Source: Trichoplax sp. H2
Lineage: Eukaryota
Direction of reading: 5' to 3'
NCBI GenBank assembly: GCA_003344405.1
Contig: NOWV01000102.1
Location: forward strand, 62,001 to 126,000
DNA: 64,000 nt
The translations under genes and the position numbers were made by a program. The notes below the pieces were generated by a model. The model saw only the letters and a program-made list of their open reading frames with translations, was not told the DNA's origin and did no database searches. Positions 58,101 to 64,000 of this stretch are shown piece after piece (the stretch's first letter is position 1; each line of letters starts with the position of its first letter).

Positions 58101-61100
58101 TAGACTGGATAGCTCGTACAATTTATTGGACTGACAAGATTGAAAAGAAAATTGAAGTAGCTACGTTAAATGGAACTCAACGTAAAACTATCATTAAGAC
58201 CGATTTGGATACGCCAAGAGCCATTGCTATCGATCCATTTCGAGGGTATAAAGATAGCCTATTTAGAATGTTGAATTCAATACTGTTGTTCTATATAGCG
58301 AAGTTAGTGCTAGGTCGTACTTTACTGAAGTTGGAAAGCCGCATAGTGAATACATTAGCGTAGTATACTGAAGCTTTTTCGATTCCAGAAGAGAATTTAC
58401 AATCTAATTTCATCTAGAATAAATAAAAATAAGAACAATTAATCCATGTAAAATAATTATAATTTATCTGAACATACCAAGAAATAGTAGATTTAGATAA
58501 AAAAAAATCCGCGAAAGTAGACAAAGTGATCATTTTTAACATTATCCTTTCACTGTCCTTGACTTTTCAGTAGTAATTCTTTGATCAAAATTTCAAAGTA
58601 GTATTTCAGCGTATGGTCACGCATAAAACTTTAATTTTTTATTATAGTTACATAAATAAAGAAGAATGAATGATGATTATTCGTTATGTAGGTAGTATCA
58701 TTAATCGAGATTATTGCATATCATAACGCTATGATATAGATACATATTTTGGAGTGATTGGGGAAAAGTACCAAAGATCGAGAGAGCTTATTTGGATGGT
58801 TCTGATCGAAAAGTAATCGTCAATGATTCCATCGTTTGGCCAAATGGCATCGCGATCGATTACGACAAGCAAATACTCTACTGGGCTGATGCTGACCGTG
58901 ATACCATTGAAATTTCTGATTTAAACGGTCATGGAAGGAAGACATTGGTCAAAAACAATCTCTTTCATGTTTTTGGTTTGACTTTGCAAGGTGATTACAT
59001 TTACTATTCAGATTGGATTAAGCGAAAAGTGGAAAGAATCCATAAGAGTAATCCAACCACCCCTGAAGTGGTCTACCATCGGTCAGATTTAATGGGATTA
59101 GCTGCTGTCGATTTAGCATTTTACCAACGAGCAGGTAGGGTAGGGTAATCAATATCAATGTCTATTTCCTCTTTGCATAAGGATTATCATTATACAGAAA
59201 TGTTCCTATACTAAATTTAAGTATGATATAAACAGGCGCCGGAAATAATACCTGTGCTCATAAAAATGGCGGATGTAGTCACTATTGCTTTTTTAGAGGC
59301 AGTGGCCATATTTGTTCTTGTCCTTTCGGCTATGAATTACAGGAAGATGAAAAAACTTGCTTCGGTAAGTATTTAATATTCGAGAGCGATCAGCCAATAA
59401 TATATATCATTAGAAGATATAGGTGATGAAGTTATTATACACGTACACAATACGACGCTACTGAAAAAGAACTGACTTAATGATATAGAATTGCTTAGAA
59501 GATCTTAGCCGTTTTATACTATATCAATCCATTTTAAGGACGTGCAAAATGTCTTAGGTTCATTTGCGTACTACTTTAGGTTACTCTATTCTTATTCTGA
59601 CAAATGATATTTTAATTCTCACCAGTAAATAATTTAGTGAGAAGCTCTACTTTGGTCTCATCATTTGCAAAATATGTTAGACTTATTTGTGTACTTGACT
59701 GCTCTATTCTTATTCCGACAAGTTATTTTCTTTATTGCTTACCAATGAATAACAAGTTCTATTTTGGTACCATCATGGCTAATTGTATCTTCTAATTTGT
59801 ATCCTTTATTCTAGTTCCGAACGCTTTCTTTCTATTGCTAACAAGCAAGCAGTTATACCGTCTATCACTAAATGATCGATATGATATCAAGAAATTGCCT
59901 ATTAATGGTATTCAAGGTGGTAGTGGACTATCGTTTGATAGTCGAACAGAAGAAGTCTATTGGAGTGATATTGAATTGAAGCAAATTTCATCATCGTACT
60001 TAAATGGAACGAATAGAAACGTTATTATTGAATTTGATCTAGCTAGTCCAAATTCGATCGCTTTCGATTGGACTACCAAATATATATACTGGACAGATAA
60101 CATTCTTAATCGAATTGAAGTTACCAAGTCTGATGGAACAGCTCGTAAAATCTTGATTTGGCAAGACTTGTACAAGCCCAGCTATCTTGTGATACATCCG
60201 AAGGAGGGGTAAGTTATAACCAATCGCTCTGTATTTCACTTTCGTATTGATATAATTATTGAATCGATATGAACTGTGCTGTAGCTTTGATTTAATTCGT
60301 TATCCATTTAGTTTTGAATAAATGGAGATGACTAAAATTTAGTACGTAGTGATCTAAATTACATCACAACATAGTCATATTCAGCTTACACGGGATAAAA
60401 TTCCTTAGCAGTCAACGTTTAGACTTGAATTATTGTAAACTCAAAAAGTCCTCCAATTCACCATGATAGAACCAATTGAGCCATAAGAATGCACCTATAA
60501 AGCAAAACTTTACTTCTAAAGTTTCTACCGCAACTACTATATCAGTAAACTGGTCATTACCTTTGCAATAACTATCTAATCCTTAATCTTATTTGTCCTA
60601 ATTATAGATTATTATTTTGGGTCAATCATAATTCTAATGTACTTGATGGGGCTAAAATAGAAAGATCTACTTTAGCTGGAACAGAGCGGAAGACAATCGT
60701 AGAAGTAGCAGGTATCCCAATCAGTTTAGAAATCGATTTCGATAATGATCGCATCTTTTGGATTGATTCTACCAGAAAACGTATCTATTCTGCATCACTC
60801 CTTGGTACCAATCTGGAAATGATTCCCGAATTCATGTCTAGCTCTAACTTTTTATCAATCTACGAGGATAAATTATATTGGATTGATAGCAAAGAAAGCC
60901 ACATTATGAAAGCAAATAAAACTAATTTTCAAAGGGAGCATATGCACGATTTACGGAATTTTGACGATCATCCCAACAACTTATTGGTATATCATAAAAA
61001 TCGCCAAAAACGTAAGCGATAGTAGTTTGATGACTGTCTATTAAAATAGAGTTAAGATAGAAATAATAGTAAACTAAAATGGTTATAATTATATCCAATG

Positions 61101-64000
61101 TAGAAACAAGCAACATTTGTCATTAAGCATAGTAGATACGATTACTACTTTCGGAAATAATACCCTAATGCGTCCAAGTAAAATTTATGGATTTTCTGTT
61201 CTTATTTCTTGACCGAGTAGATGGTAGCGCTTGCGATAAACCTCGTAACCCTTGTAGGGAACTATGCCTCTCAACCTCGAGTAAAGATGCAGTATGTGAA
61301 TGCTCTACTCATCTGGTGGCGAAAGGTGGTAAATGTACAGGTAAGGATCAGATCGATTTGTAGGTAATAAATTCATCACTAAATTGAAATGAAGACGGCA
61401 TTGTTGGTATTACACTAATCGTTTATCGGTTTGGGTACAAAATCTAATTTTAACTATAATTGTCTATCTTACCATGATACCAAGCTTTCTTTATTTGGCT
61501 TTCATTTTATAGAACCCAATGCATATCTGCTGTTTGCTCAGCAAGAGACAATTAGCAAAGCCGATTTAGATGGCAAAAGCAATCCTCACACGTTATTACC
61601 AATTCAAGATATGCATGTTTATCCTGGTACGAAAAACTTTATAAAATCAAAGCATCAAATTCATTCCATTACCTATGATGAAGTGCAAAAATATTACTAT
61701 TGGATTGATAAAAATGATCAGGGCCATTCAGTTATTAATCGAGCTGCTAAATCAACATCAGAGCTTGTAGAATACCAAGAAGTGGTTAATGAAAAGAAAC
61801 AAGATATTTATGATATAGCGTTAGATTCAGTTAATCGCTATCTCTTTTGGTCATCAGAGAACTTACACAGTATTCAGGTTGCTAAAATAGGCGAATGGAA
61901 AAGTTATTATGCTGTAATAGGGTATCAGTATGCTCCAAGATCAATTGCGATTGATCCCTATAAAAGGTAAATCATTTCTTGAGTATAATAGCAATTGTAT
62001 TTGCTTTTCTACTTGCTTCTCCTATTCTCATGAATTTCATAGATTATTAAACTATGTATAATTGACTTATGTAGATAGTGGATCAGTTTTTAATGGGAAT
62101 TTGATCTTAATTATTTTACAGCCATATCTACTGGATTCATGCTGGCTCAGCAGATTCACCAAAGATTTATCGTTGCAACTACGATGCGACCTATTCCACT
62201 GTTCTTATCGAAGACGAATTGTATCAGCCAACATCACTAACAATCGATATTTCAAATTCCTCCAATCGGCTTTATTGGATTGATCTTGGAACTAGAACTA
62301 TCTCATCTGCTCGTTCTGATGGCACGAACCGACATGATCTAGATTTCAATGTTAAAAGCCCAATCAACCCATATTCGGTGGCTATTTATTCCAAGTATAT
62401 TTATTGGGCTGATCTTCAAGATAGTGCCATTTATAGAAGCTATAAATTACCCAAGAGCCCGTTTTATGCAGTACCTCAACTTGTTTTTAATCGCTTGAGT
62501 GATCTAACTGGGATTAATGTAGTCAACAATTTTAATATGAAGGGTAAGATTGTCTCAATTTACAGTATACAGCATGAATTTTTAATTTCAATTCTAAACA
62601 TATATTTATGTGTCGATATATGTGTTAAGATAAATATATATAAATATATATGTATATATATATAGAGAAAACCTATAAAATTACAATTACATTGAGAAAT
62701 AAACATTGCATACATTTGACAAACTAGGTTCCGGAGCTTGCTCAAATCATAACTGCACCCATTTGTGCATAGTAGATTCTTATCAAAAATCAACTTTTCG
62801 TTGTTCTTGTCCATTTGGCTATCGTATTCTCAATGATAGTCGAACATGTCAAGGTAAATATAATCAGATTTGATACGTCTTATAAGATACTAGCTTAGAT
62901 TAACGCATTACTTATTTCTTCAAACTACTCGTATTAAAAAGCTTGGCTACTGAGTAATTTAATTTCTAAGAAATCAACTCCTGTTTTTATTCTATTGATA
63001 ATTAGAAATTAAAGAATGTGGGAAAGGGGAATTTAAATGCCGATCACCTAGCATCTCTACCTGTATTAATGAAAAATCAAGATGCGATAATATAATCAAT
63101 TGTATTGATAATTCAGATGAAATTAATTGTCGTAAGTTGAAATTTCTTACATTAAATAAAATATCAAGAAAATGGAGTAACTAGGTTCTAATTATTCCTA
63201 TGTTTTTATTTGCAAATCGAATCAATACTAAAATGGATAGCGAAATGTTCACCATTCCAATTTCATTGCAAAAACGATAAATGTATACCATGGCATAAAA
63301 AATGTGACGGCATTAATGACTGTGATGATAATTCCGATGAGTTTAGCTGCGGTAGGTGGACATCTATTACGATTTCTTTATTAATTACAGTTGCTAAAAT
63401 GCTTGCGCTAATTTTTTGATATTCATAACATTAATCTATTCCATGATTTAAGTTCTGATTTTGCTAGTTGCTTGAACAGAATAAATTAAAGTGAAAATAA
63501 CTGCATTTATCTTCTATTCAAACGTTATTATTCATTCACGATTTTTATTTATATTTATTATAACTATTTCTTATTTTATTTATATTTCAGTTTTTAATTC
63601 ATTAATATGATGCGTTCATTGTGAGATCATTTAAGCTGCAATTTTAGCTAATTATAGTAACGCTTCATTGATGACAATTATCTTGACTAATTATAGTTTT
63701 GAAACCCACAACGATTGCAGCAACAACAATTATTACGTTATCAAGCAAACCACCGACAAGCGTTACTGATTCACAAACTAAAGGTTTTGATTTCAAACAC
63801 TTGGTGATCATTTCTGTTGCTAGTGTGGCCTTTGTCCTCTTGTTGGTTGGAATTATCATATGGCGTTGTTCTAAACGAAAAAATAAAAAAGTAGACGATG
63901 TCCTAGAAACAAAAAGTGGCAAAACTTACATCGGACAAGGTGATATTAGAAATGACAACCAAGAAAGCAACATCGATGGCAATAATCAAACCAATACCAA
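52179..64000 (+). CDS. LRP6: LRP5/6-like LDL-receptor-related Wnt co-receptor (3' end beyond the window)
   Basis: Putative signal-peptide exon 52179-52239 ([20 protein letters not shown], phase 1, moderate certainty). Then exons 55834-56257, 56509-56900, 57196-57342, 57852-58245, 58740-59134, 59236-59364, 59815-60208, 60608-61011, 61221-61340, 61513-61966, 62122-62543, 62728-62853, 63006-63131, 63241-63351, 63697-end. Four YWTD propeller+EGF units, then LDLa repeats, then a TM ([21 protein letters not shown]) and a basic stop-transfer; this order is the LRP5/6 architecture. Confidence 0.88.

Overview
AT-rich eukaryotic genomic DNA with many short GT-AG introns. The composition and gene set suggest an early-branching animal, most plausibly a placozoan such as Trichoplax (inference, not verified). 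Reading splice sites by hand gives eight protein-coding genes: a membrane-anchored alpha-carbonic anhydrase (-), WDR45/WIPI4 (-, mostly missed by the ORF track), CPSF6/CFIm68 (+), ethanolamine kinase (-), gamma-tubulin (+), a secreted TSP1-TSP1-(degenerate TSP1)-F5/8C protein (-), an intronless GT10 alpha-1,3-fucosyltransferase (+) and an LRP5/6-type Wnt co-receptor (+) that runs off the window end. Six genes form three head-to-head pairs. Each divergent interval carries clusters of a self-complementary TGTACAG/CTGTA motif and its own unrelated minisatellite. The first 10.8 kb has no recognisable gene but holds a hAT-type MITE, hairpins and a strongly strand-skewed segment that may be a Penelope-like relic. 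There is a 20-N assembly gap at 43373-43392. I found no rRNA, tRNA or CRISPR array. The best leads are the promoter motif arrays and a possible intronic poly(A) autoregulation site in CPSF6; both are hypotheses.
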